64,000 bases of DNA, taken from assembly GCA_963777955.1 (NCBI GenBank), contig CAVZSQ010000017.1, forward strand, positions 128,001 through 192,000, given 5' to 3'. The translations under genes and the position numbers were made by a program. Source of the stretch: Calditrichia bacterium (lineage in GTDB: Bacteria; Calditrichota; Calditrichia; JAJRVZ01). The notes under the pieces were generated by a model that saw only the letters and a program-made list of their open reading frames with translations, searched no databases and was not told the origin of the DNA. Below, one piece after another: positions 1-8,860 of this stretch. The first letter of the stretch is position 1. Each line of letters begins with the position of its first letter.

Positions 1-831
1 ATCAAAGATTGCGCCGACCGGTTAAAGATCATTTCCCAGGAGAGAATAACCGACGAATTCAACAAGATCCTGCTGACCTTCAAGCCGTCGCTGGGTATCG
101 AACTGCTGGATAGTTGTAATCTGCTGCCTGTGTTTCTCCCTGAATTGATCGCCACCAAGGGGGTGGAACAGCGCCGCGATTATCACCATAAAGATGTATT
201 TTATCATACACTGCAGGTGCTGGATAAAATTGCCAGGAAATCGGATAAACTGCCATTACGCCTGGCTGCCCTTTTCCATGACATTGCCAAACCGGCCACT
301 AAAAGATTCGACGATGTAAACGGCTGGACTTTCCACGGTCATGAAGTAATCGGTGAAAAAATGGTCGCTGTTATTTTGTCCCGCTTGAAATACTCCAATG
401 AAATAATAGACTATGTTAAAAAAATAATCCGTTTGCATCTGCGTCCGATGGCCCTGGTCAGCGACGATGTCACCGACTCGGCCATTCGTCGCCTGTTGTT
501 TAATGCCGGTAACGAGTTCGATGATTTGATGGAACTTTGCCGGGCGGATATAACCTCTAAAAATCCGGCAAAATTAAAACATCACCTGGAAAATTACGGC
601 CGGGTACTGGTCAAGGCCACTGACCTGGAACAACGGGATAAACTGCGCGTATTTAAAAGTCCGGTTGATGGGATTGAAATAATGCAAAAATTGAATTTAA
701 AACCCGGTCCGCAGGTCGGTATAATAAAAAAATTCATCGAGGAAGCCATACTGGAAGGTATTATCCCCAACGATCACGATGCTGCCTTAAATTATCTGCT
801 GGATAATAAAGAGAAACTGCCCGGGACTTAG
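1..831 (+). CDS. cca: CCA tRNA nucleotidyltransferase / HD-domain protein, 5'-truncated by window edge
   Basis: Frame open from base 1 (..IISQERITDEFNKIL..); HD domain motifs HHKDVFYHT, AALFHDIAKP, FHGHE; C-terminal VDGIEIM..LKPGPQVG. Confidence 0.85.
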   Translation: MKDCADRLKIISQERITDEFNKILLTFKPSLGIELLDSCNLLPVFLPELIATKGVEQRRDYHHKDVFYHTLQVLDKIARKSDKLPLRLAALFHDIAKPATKRFDDVNGWTFHGHEVIGEKMVAVILSRLKYSNEIIDYVKKIIRLHLRPMALVSDDVTDSAIRRLLFNAGNEFDDLMELCRADITSKNPAKLKHHLENYGRVLVKATDLEQRDKLRVFKSPVDGIEIMQKLNLKPGPQVGIIKKFIEEAILEGIIPNDHDAALNYLLDNKEKLPGT

Positions 832-863
832 TCGGGTAATAAATTTTAATCTGTTCCTGCTGC

Positions 864-1769
864 ATGCTGACCGTAAAAAAAAATTTATACAAGCAAGCGG
901 ATATTTTTAAGTGCGTGCATGATGTCCACCTGCATTTCAAGGCGCAGATGTCCCCCTATCATATTTTAATCGAAAAAAAGTGTTACCCGCACGGCTGTAT
1001 ATATTTCCACTGGAAATGTAAATTGCTGGCCAAACAGCATAAATGCTTCCGCAATTTTACAAAAGTTGGTAAAGAATGCTTCAATTGCCGATATTTTTAC
1101 GAAGAAAAGATCCACCAGTATCCGGAATTCCTGGCACCGGCGGCTGATTCGGCCGGGTTTATGCAAAATTTCGAGGATTTCGACGAATGGGTACAGCAAC
1201 TGAAAAACAAGCGGGTGCTTTGCGAAGGGACTGTCAGTGAAGTTAAACCCGACTTCGTCCTTAAAAAACATGACCAGCACTACCAACTGATCCTGCATGG
1301 TTACCTGGTTTCCTTCCCGGAGGGATATATAGATAACCAGTTTTTCGAGGATAGATTTTATCTGAGCATTTCTGCTATTACGCAGAAAAAACTGCTGTTG
1401 CGTACTGATGATATAATGGAATTTGAAGCCAGCTTGATTCTGGATCGCGGCCGGTTTAAGTTCAGCAAATCCGGCAGTTTTCATTTCCAGCAGCGCGGCA
1501 GCACAGATTCACTGCAGCAAGCGGACCCGCTGACACAAAAGATTTTCACCATTCACCCGGAACAACCGGCCCAGTGTCTGAACTGCCGCTATGGTACGCT
1601 GGTCGATATTGAGACAGCGGATCCCGGTCCCAAAAGAACGGTGATCTGCCTTCAGGGCATTCCCGAATATAAAAATTGTCCGGTATATACAATGCCAGCT
1701 CTGCATGAACATTCGGACCGTTGTGCCAATACGACCTGGAATGATTTTAAATGCCGCCATCTTTTATAG
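864..1769 (+). CDS. Cys-rich hypothetical protein, probable metal-binding
   Basis: 301-aa ORF with 14 Cys, including CFNCRY and CLNCRY; co-directional with cca. Confidence 0.7.
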   Translation: MLTVKKNLYKQADIFKCVHDVHLHFKAQMSPYHILIEKKCYPHGCIYFHWKCKLLAKQHKCFRNFTKVGKECFNCRYFYEEKIHQYPEFLAPAADSAGFMQNFEDFDEWVQQLKNKRVLCEGTVSEVKPDFVLKKHDQHYQLILHGYLVSFPEGYIDNQFFEDRFYLSISAITQKKLLLRTDDIMEFEASLILDRGRFKFSKSGSFHFQQRGSTDSLQQADPLTQKIFTIHPEQPAQCLNCRYGTLVDIETADPGPKRTVICLQGIPEYKNCPVYTMPALHEHSDRCANTTWNDFKCRHLL

Positions 1770-1789
1770 ATAAGCCCATATATTAAACT

Positions 1790-2263
1790 ATGCTCTATTC
1801 GCTCAACCGCAGATGGAATTGGGGTATTTTCGTTTTTCTGGTGATCTGGATCGCTTTGATCATGCTGGCCCCTTTTTTATCCGCCGCGCCATCTCCGACC
1901 ATGCGTAAATTATCTCATTATATATACCTGTTGTTCAAACCAACCTGTCATCAGTTGCCTGCCCGCTCGTTTCACTGGGGTTTTTATCCTTTTGCTGTCT
2001 GTATCAGATGTTTTACTTTTTATGCTGCCGGCCTGATCATTGGCGGTTTTTATCTTTTTCGCACTGAAATAAAAATGCTGCCGCTGAGAATTTACCTGTT
2101 ATTGGCCGCGCCATTATTAATTGATTTTCTACTGGAAAAATTGAATCTCTATAGCGATCTTTGGATCGTACGTCTGACGACCGGTTTTATGGCCGGATTA
2201 GTATTTTTCCACCTGTTATTGTTAGCTGTAAGCGAGAAAAAGTATGCACAACAAGATGGCTAA
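1790..2263 (+). CDS. DUF2085-family membrane protein
   Basis: CHQLPARSF...CIRC motif and several hydrophobic helices. Confidence 0.75.
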   Translation: MLYSLNRRWNWGIFVFLVIWIALIMLAPFLSAAPSPTMRKLSHYIYLLFKPTCHQLPARSFHWGFYPFAVCIRCFTFYAAGLIIGGFYLFRTEIKMLPLRIYLLLAAPLLIDFLLEKLNLYSDLWIVRLTTGFMAGLVFFHLLLLAVSEKKYAQQDG

Positions 2264-2270
2264 TTAGATA

Positions 2271-2775
2271 ATGGAAAACCGTAATATTCTGTTGGCGGGA
2301 TTCATCGGCGGATCCGTTACCGCTATTTTTAGTTCAATTCCTTATCTCAATTTTATCAATTGTTTTTGCTGTATCGGCATTATGCTGGGAGGTGCTACTG
2401 CTTTAGTGTCGTATAACCGTCTGAGCGCTGCCATAAATGATATAAGTATGCCTCTGGCCATAACCATCGGTATTACTGCCGGATTAATGGGGGCTTTTCT
2501 ATCTTTATTGCTCAGCTGGATTGTATACCTGCAATTAGGACACTGGGATATCCGTATGCTCCAATCCATGGTAGAACAGATGGAAGAAGTGCCGCAGCAG
2601 CTTGAAGAGGCATTGCAACTGCTGGAAGACAGAGCGGCCAGGGGATTCGACTGGGCCCCCACGCTATTTTCAAACCTGCTGATGTTCCCGCTCTTCTGTC
2701 TGGCGGGAGTCTTTGCTGACCCGCTTGTATCTGAATAAAAAAATTTCCGCCGGCACGGGTCCAAAGTACGAGTAA
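2271..2775 (+). CDS. Membrane protein (DUF4199/DUF5518-like) with apparent +1 frameshift near the C-terminus
   Basis: Hydrophobic helices with NCFCC motif; removing T2710 gives ..FCLAGALLTRLYLNKKISAGTGPKYE* ending at 2775. Confidence 0.6.
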
Positions 2776-2793
2776 GCAGCAACTACTTTGAAT

Positions 2794-3306
2794 CTATTCT
2801 AATTCCAGCAGTACGTTTTTCCACAGATATTCTTTATTCTTCTGGGTGACTTGCAGGACCGACACATCTTTCCGGTTTTTCAGGCGAAACATATCCGGAA
2901 TTTCCGACCCGGCCAGGGTGGCAATCAGGGGAATCGGTGAGTTCATGATCTGTTTAACCTGTTCACAAAATTTTCTGGACAGGCACTCCATTCTGCCGAT
3001 TTCATCAATGATAAACAGGTCCACTTCTTTAGCGATCTCTAATTGCGGTAAAACCAGTTTTTCAAATCCTTCGACATTTATACCGAATCCGGCCATGCGG
3101 TGCGGCCCCTCGATGTATACATGTCCCAGGATCTGATCTCTTAACTCCATCGTGACTACCCGGAATCCTTTGCATACATTATTTTCAATAATTTCTTCTT
3201 TAAAAAATCCCCGGACGATCAAAGGACCCAGATCCTTGATCAGACGTTTAATCAATGATGTTTTACCAATCCCGGGCGGGCCGGTGATAAATATATTCTT
3301 GGTCAT
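2794..3306 (-). CDS. Nucleoside triphosphatase (THEP1/NTPase_1 family)
   Basis: Walker A GPPGIGKT, Walker B IIDEIGRME, RGFFKEE and GFRVV motifs. Confidence 0.85.
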   Translation of the reverse strand: MTKNIFITGPPGIGKTSLIKRLIKDLGPLIVRGFFKEEIIENNVCKGFRVVTMELRDQILGHVYIEGPHRMAGFGINVEGFEKLVLPQLEIAKEVDLFIIDEIGRMECLSRKFCEQVKQIMNSPIPLIATLAGSEIPDMFRLKNRKDVSVLQVTQKNKEYLWKNVLLELE

Positions 3307-3491
3307 TATCCTGTACTTTACAACTCGTCTATTCCTTAACGGAAATTAAAAAAATCAATTTGGCAAGACAAGTAATAATTGCTAATCCATAAGAAATTAT
3401 CTTATTATGTTAAATGGGTATTTACCGGGAGGTTATTATGGCCACTTAGACCATATTGCATCATTTAAAGCGGTAAAGTATATTCTGGTTT

Positions 3492-4082
3492 ATGGATGAG
3501 AATAAGATTACATCCCTTTCCCCGTTATTTATGCGTTTCTATGCCCGCTGCCTGGCCTATCCCTATGCCGAACAGCAGTATGAATTGCAGCATCTGTTCC
3601 GGGTGATGGAAAATGAACCCATCTCCGCTGAGGAGAGCGAACATCTGGAAGCGATACTCAGCATTATCAATCAATACCAGGGTCAGGAAATTAAAATCCT
3701 GCGTGAAGATTTTGTCATGACCTTCACCAAGACATACTCCGGGCAAAGTTATTGTCCCCTGCTGGCCGGTGAGTTTACCTCCAGCCATAAAATACCCTAC
3801 GATTCTGAACCTGTACTGGAATTATTTTTAGAGAATGGACTTTCCGTGGAAGCCGATGAGTCTTTTGATTCGATAATCAACTATCTGGAATACCTGTCCA
3901 TGTTATACGAGCAATTCCTGGCCAGGGAGATTGACCTGGCTGCGCTGGAAGAATTTGTCAACGGGCATGTGCTGAATTGGATTCCACTATTCTGTCAGCA
4001 GGTACAGCAACAATCCAATCTGGAATTTTACAAGGAAGCGGCTGCAGGGCTCCATTTATTACTGCTCTGGCTCAGTGTATAG
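3492..4082 (+). CDS. TorD/DmsD-family molybdoenzyme chaperone-like protein
   Basis: All-helical protein with DSIINYLEYL and HVLNWIPLF..FYK segments typical of TorD/DmsD. Confidence 0.6.
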   Translation: MDENKITSLSPLFMRFYARCLAYPYAEQQYELQHLFRVMENEPISAEESEHLEAILSIINQYQGQEIKILREDFVMTFTKTYSGQSYCPLLAGEFTSSHKIPYDSEPVLELFLENGLSVEADESFDSIINYLEYLSMLYEQFLAREIDLAALEEFVNGHVLNWIPLFCQQVQQQSNLEFYKEAAAGLHLLLLWLSV

Positions 4083-4100
4083 TTTATAGAAGGCATAACA

Positions 4101-4348
4101 CTTAGTACAAGTACCTGAGTCCCTTAGTTCCTGTAGTCCCTTAGTCCCTAAGTTATCTTTGCGACCTTTGCGGTAAAAAATAGAAAAAACAAACGCAAAG
4201 GACGCTGAGGAAAGCGCAAAGATCGCAAAGAAAATATTATTTGTTTAGAATAGATCCCGGGTCCTGTCTGCGCCAGGTCTTCGACATGCCCGGGATGACA
4301 ATGCATAGGTATTACTTAGGGACTCAGGTACTAAGGTACTCAGGTACT
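4101..4348. repeat. Composite intergenic repeat island (CTTAGTAC-type 8-mers, CGCAAAG hairpin element, ATCCCGGG..CCCGGGAT REP)
   Basis: Units recur at 30270-30412, 52804-52902, 59947-60384 and 62904-62961; 4265-4301 is an exact 37-nt reverse complement of 30375-30411. Confidence 0.8.
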
Positions 4349-4368
4349 TCTCTTTACACTTATATAAA

Positions 4369-4851
4369 TTACTCCCCCCGCTTCACCGCTCTATAATGCT
4401 TATATATCAAATATCCCCCCACCGCTATCAGAATCAACGACCAGTATTTTAAGATATGATTCAGACCGAGCAGGAACACCAGGCCCAAACCCACCATAAT
4501 CGCCGCCGGTATCAACAATCCTTTTTCTTTTTCGCCGAACTGGTACATCAAATAGAATCCCAGACCGGGCCCCATCAAAAAGACCGGCCACAGGTCATTC
4601 ATGTTCTCCCAGCCGGTAATCGTACAGTATAAGAATAACAGGCCAAACACCACTAATATTGTGGCCGGCAGCAGCAATCCGTAATTTTTTTTGTTTTTAA
4701 AATAACCCAGGGCAAAGGCTATACCGGCCAAAATTAACAATCCCGGCCAGATACTGGGAAAATCCAGGGCAATATAGTCTAAATTATCGGCCAGAAAGAT
4801 CAGGCCCAGGCAGACCAGTACCAAACCTAAAATAAAATCTGATGTTTTCAT
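4369..4851 (-). CDS. LiaF/DUF5668-like membrane protein
   Basis: Repeated GLxLxxLG..WPxxLI hydrophobic units. Confidence 0.7.
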   Translation of the reverse strand: MKTSDFILGLVLVCLGLIFLADNLDYIALDFPSIWPGLLILAGIAFALGYFKNKKNYGLLLPATILVVFGLLFLYCTITGWENMNDLWPVFLMGPGLGFYLMYQFGEKEKGLLIPAAIMVGLGLVFLLGLNHILKYWSLILIAVGGYLIYKHYRAVKRGE

Positions 4852-4881
4852 GTTTAACCTCTGTTAACCTCTGAGTTTTAT

Positions 4882-4905
4882 TACGTAAATCCCATTATTT
4901 TGTTC
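4882..4905 (-). promoter_or_regulatory. Putative ECF-sigma promoter GAAC-N16-CGTA
   Basis: Minus strand GAAC aaaataatgggattta CGTA about 30 nt upstream of the LiaF-like gene. Confidence 0.4.
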
Positions 4906-5106
4906 GATAAATAGATTTTCCTGACTATAAGTAAGCCCCCAGGCAGTTTATAATTTAAAAAACTGGTTCAGATCGGGCAAGGATTAAGCAGATTTGATCA
5001 TAAATATAAAATATTAACTCTTTCAAAATATTAAACGTATTCTTATATTCATAAATTATCGCTCGACATCAGACAATAAATCATAATAGAAAATGAGGGA
5101 GTACAC

Positions 5107-6189
5107 ATGGAAAAACGTATTTTTACTTTTAATCCCGGCCCTGCTGCCTTACCATTGCCTGTCTTAAAAGAAGCCAAAAAAGACCTGATCAGTTATCAGG
5201 GCGAAGGTCTCTCTGTCCTGGAAATGAGCCACCGCGGGAAAACCTTTGAAACCATAATCAAGCAAGCCGAAGCCTTATTACGGGAAGTAATGGGCATTCC
5301 CACTAGTTATAAAGTGCTCTTTGTGCAAGGCGGTGCCACCCTGCAGTTTGCTGCAGTGCCGCTGAATCTTATTGCCGAAAATCAAAGCGCTGATTACGTC
5401 ATAACCGGTTCCTGGGCTAAAAATGCCTTCAAAGAAGCCCAAAAACTGAATAAAAAAGTCAGAGCCGTGGCCAGTTCCGAAAGTTCCAATTTTGATCATA
5501 TACCCAGGGATCTCTCTTTTGATTCCAATGCAGCTTATGTTCATATCACTTCAAATAATACCATTTTTGGTACCGAATGGCATAAATTTCCAAAAACCGG
5601 CGCTATCCCCCTGGTTTGTGATATGTCATCCGACATCGCCTGCCGGCCGGTGGATGTAAGTAAATTTGCCCTGATCTATGCCGGGGCCCAGAAAAACCTG
5701 GGTCCGGCGGGTGTAACCATCGTAATCGTCCGCGAGGATATGTTGAGCAGAAGCCCGGAAAATATTCCGACCCTCATGAATTATAAAATTATGGCCGAAA
5801 AAGAATCGTTGTACAATACCCCCCCGACTTTCTCCATATATATAATGAAACTGGTCCTGGAATGGATCAAAAATTCAGGCGGACTGGAAAAAATCGGTAA
5901 AATTAACAAACGCAAAGCCAATATGATTTATAAAATCATCGACGCCAGCGGATTCTACCGTGGCACTGTACAAAAAGCCGACCGCTCCTGGATGAACGTT
6001 ACTTTCAGATTACCCTCGGAAGAACTTGAGAATAAATTTGTGAGTGAAGCCAAGGAACTGAACATGATCGGTCTGAAAGGTCACCGTTCGGTCGGCGGCA
6101 TCCGGGCCAGTCTTTATAATGCCGTAACACCCAAGGCGGTAAAAGCCCTGGCTAATTTCATGCAGGAATTTGAAAAAAAGAACAGCTGA
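5107..6189 (+). CDS. serC: Phosphoserine aminotransferase
   Basis: FNPGPAALP, EMSHRG, DMSSD, YAGAQKNLGPAG (PLP Lys), GHRSVGGIRASLYNA. Confidence 0.97.
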   Translation: MEKRIFTFNPGPAALPLPVLKEAKKDLISYQGEGLSVLEMSHRGKTFETIIKQAEALLREVMGIPTSYKVLFVQGGATLQFAAVPLNLIAENQSADYVITGSWAKNAFKEAQKLNKKVRAVASSESSNFDHIPRDLSFDSNAAYVHITSNNTIFGTEWHKFPKTGAIPLVCDMSSDIACRPVDVSKFALIYAGAQKNLGPAGVTIVIVREDMLSRSPENIPTLMNYKIMAEKESLYNTPPTFSIYIMKLVLEWIKNSGGLEKIGKINKRKANMIYKIIDASGFYRGTVQKADRSWMNVTFRLPSEELENKFVSEAKELNMIGLKGHRSVGGIRASLYNAVTPKAVKALANFMQEFEKKNS

Positions 6190-6523
6190 GAATCGGACAC
6201 TTTATTCCAGAATATATTCGGCAGTAAAAGCCGTTCCACCGGGTAAAGTCCTGACCTATGGGCAGATTGCCAAATATGCCGGCGTGGGGAAGAATTACCG
6301 GTTGATCGGATATGCCTTGCATAATTTGCCTGATCATTCCAACATTCCCTGGCAGCGGGTGGTTAACCGTTTTGGCAAAATTTCTTATAACCCCACACGC
6401 GGCGGCTGTGATCACCTGCAAAAAGTTCTGCTGGAACAGGAAGGGGTTGAATTTGATCTGGCTGAGAGAATCAACCTGGTTAAATTTGGTTATCGAAAAG
6501 CGAAAAAAAATTATAATTTTTAA
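6170..6523 (+). CDS. Alkyltransferase-like (ATL/YbaZ-type) MGMT-family DNA-binding protein
   Basis: VPPGKVLTYGQIA; PWQRVV with Trp in place of the MGMT catalytic Cys. Confidence 0.85.
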   Translation: MKKRTAENRTLYSRIYSAVKAVPPGKVLTYGQIAKYAGVGKNYRLIGYALHNLPDHSNIPWQRVVNRFGKISYNPTRGGCDHLQKVLLEQEGVEFDLAERINLVKFGYRKAKKNYNF

Positions 6524-6566
6524 TACCCGATGTTGAATAATATCAAATAATTGGAGATTTGTTCTC

Positions 6567-7553
6567 ATGGATGAAAAAAATAGTTTCAATATTGAGCAAC
6601 TTAAAATCCCGGAGAATTTTCCTAAAATCATCCGGTACGGATTTATCTCTGTCATTGTGCTGATTTTTCTTTTTTCTTCCTTTTTCACCATCAGCCAGGA
6701 TGAAGTAGGGGTAATACTTCGATTTGGCAGATTTTCCCATCTGGCTAATCCCGGGTTGAATTTTAAACTGCCCTTTGGTATCGATAAACTGACCAAAGTC
6801 CCGGTATTGCGTCAACAAAAGGAAGAGTTTGGATTTCGGACTGCGGAATCGGATATCAGAAGCCGTTATGAAGAGAAAAGTTTTCTGTCGGAATCACTCA
6901 TGCTGACCGGTGATTTAAATGCTGCTGAAGTCGAATGGATAATTCAGTACCGGATTGAGGATCCTTATAAATACTTGTTCAAGGTGCGCGATACCTGGCA
7001 AACTTTTCGGGCCATGACTGAAGCTGTGATGCGCGAAGTAGTAGGAGATCGTACAGTCAACGAGGTCCTGACCATTGGGCGTCAGGAAATCAGCGTCGCC
7101 GTGCAAATTAAACTGCAGGAATTATGTCATCAATATGAAACCGGAATTAAAGTCGACCAGGTGGTTTTGCAGGATGTAAATCCACCTGAACGTGTAAAAT
7201 CTTCTTTTAATGAAGTTAATGAAGCACAGCAGGAGCGGGAAAAACTGATTAATCAGGCCCGGTCTGAATTTAATAAAGTAATTCCGCGGGCCAGCGGTGA
7301 AGCCGAAATGATGATTCAGGAAGCACAGGGCTACGCCCTGGAGAGAGTCAACAGAGCAAAAGGGGAGGCCAACCGTTTTAACTCGATTTTTAACGAATAT
7401 CGCCTGGCTAAAGAGGTAACCAGACAGCGTATTTATCTGGAAACTATGAATTCCATCTTACCCAAGGTCGGCAAGAAATTGATTGTCGATGAAGAGATCA
7501 AGGGTCTGTATCCTCTCCTGGATTTAAAGAAGGAGACCGGCAATGAGAAATAA
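6567..7553 (+). CDS. hflK: FtsH protease modulator HflK
   Basis: SPFH domain, MLTGDLN, YLETM; paired with hflC. Confidence 0.92.
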   Translation: MDEKNSFNIEQLKIPENFPKIIRYGFISVIVLIFLFSSFFTISQDEVGVILRFGRFSHLANPGLNFKLPFGIDKLTKVPVLRQQKEEFGFRTAESDIRSRYEEKSFLSESLMLTGDLNAAEVEWIIQYRIEDPYKYLFKVRDTWQTFRAMTEAVMREVVGDRTVNEVLTIGRQEISVAVQIKLQELCHQYETGIKVDQVVLQDVNPPERVKSSFNEVNEAQQEREKLINQARSEFNKVIPRASGEAEMMIQEAQGYALERVNRAKGEANRFNSIFNEYRLAKEVTRQRIYLETMNSILPKVGKKLIVDEEIKGLYPLLDLKKETGNEK

Positions 7554-8496
7554 TACACTTATATTCTGGAGCATACTCTCTCTGCTATTGGTAATTTTTA
7601 TATTTTCGACAACCTTTATTGTTACCGAAAACGACCAGGTAATTGTCACCCGCTTCGGTAAACCCGTTCGTGATCCGATTACCTCTCCCGGCATTAAATT
7701 CAAGCTGCCCCTTGTCGAAGAAGCGAATTTTTTCGAAAAACGGTTTCTGGAGTGGGATGGAGATCCTAATCAGGTTCCCACTAAGGATAAACGATTCATC
7801 TGGGTCGATGCTTATGCCCGTTGGCGTATTGCTGATGTCCTGTTATTTTTCCAGCGCTTGACCGATGAACGCAGCGCCCAATCCCGTTTAGCTGACATTC
7901 TCGATGGGGAAACCAGAACTGCCGTCGCTAATCATGACCTGGATGAAGTAGTACGTTCCACAAATCGGACACCCGTCTCCGATCCGGATCTTATAGGATC
8001 GGATGAGGCGGATTCTCTGAAAACAATTAAAACCGGCCGGGAAAAAATTACCCGGGAAATTTTATCCGCAGCAGCAGCAAGAGTAAAAGATCTGGGAATC
8101 GAATTGCTGGACCTGCGCTTCAGACGTATCGATTATGTCGATGAAGTCCGTGAAAAGGTCTATGACCGTATGATCAGCGAAAGAAAACGGATAGCCGACC
8201 GGTTCCGCTCTGAAGGTCAGGGCGAGGCTTCCAAGATTCTGGGCGAAAAAGAAAGGGAATTAAAACGGATCACATCCGGTGCCTATCGGGAATCTCAGGA
8301 AATAGTCGGTCGGGCTGATGGCGAAGCGACTAAAATTTATGCCAATGCTTTTAACCGCAGTGATGAAACCCGGGAATTTTACCGTTTTCTAAAAACTATG
8401 GAAAGTTATGATTCTACCTTTACGGCAAACGACTGGTTAATTATTTCCAGTAAAAGTGATTTCTTTAAATTTCTTAAATCACCGGCTGGACGTTAA
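7543..8496 (+). CDS. hflC: FtsH protease modulator HflC
   Basis: SPFH domain, VYDRMISER, FRSEGQG, FYRFLKTMESY. Confidence 0.92.
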   Translation: MRNNTLIFWSILSLLLVIFIFSTTFIVTENDQVIVTRFGKPVRDPITSPGIKFKLPLVEEANFFEKRFLEWDGDPNQVPTKDKRFIWVDAYARWRIADVLLFFQRLTDERSAQSRLADILDGETRTAVANHDLDEVVRSTNRTPVSDPDLIGSDEADSLKTIKTGREKITREILSAAAARVKDLGIELLDLRFRRIDYVDEVREKVYDRMISERKRIADRFRSEGQGEASKILGEKERELKRITSGAYRESQEIVGRADGEATKIYANAFNRSDETREFYRFLKTMESYDSTFTANDWLIISSKSDFFKFLKSPAGR

Positions 8497-8510
8497 AATT
8501 CAGGCCAGTA

Positions 8511-8780
8511 TTAAGAATTTTTTAATAATTGGATTATCCCCAGGGTTATAAGTAGAACGGGTAATACTATTATAATAAGCGGAATTATAACTGCCGCGAT
8601 AACTGCACCAATCACTCCCAGGGGCAGGAAAACCAAAATTCCTATAATCACCGCACACAGGGCTCCCACAATTTTAAATGGAATAGTTAACACAAAAAAT
8701 CCGGCCTTCAGCAGAAATCCCAATATTTTTAATGCCATCACCGCCAGGAATATGAGCACTATCGCAACTAATATTTCCAT
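8511..8780 (-). CDS. Small hydrophobic membrane protein
   Basis: 89 aa, almost entirely hydrophobic; GGAG SD upstream. Confidence 0.65.
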   Translation of the reverse strand: MEILVAIVLIFLAVMALKILGFLLKAGFFVLTIPFKIVGALCAVIIGILVFLPLGVIGAVIAAVIIPLIIIVLPVLLITLGIIQLLKNS

Positions 8781-8811
8781 TTAAATCTCCAAATTTTTAC
8801 TCAGTGATCTA

Positions 8812-8837
8812 TACGTAGGTCATTGCTTAAAGATTCA
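8812..8837 (-). promoter_or_regulatory. Putative ECF-sigma promoter TGAAT-N17-CGTA
   Basis: Minus strand TGAAT ctttaagcaatgaccta CGTA upstream of 8780. Confidence 0.35.
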
Positions 8838-8860
8838 AACAGAAATGCAAACAGGCGGGA

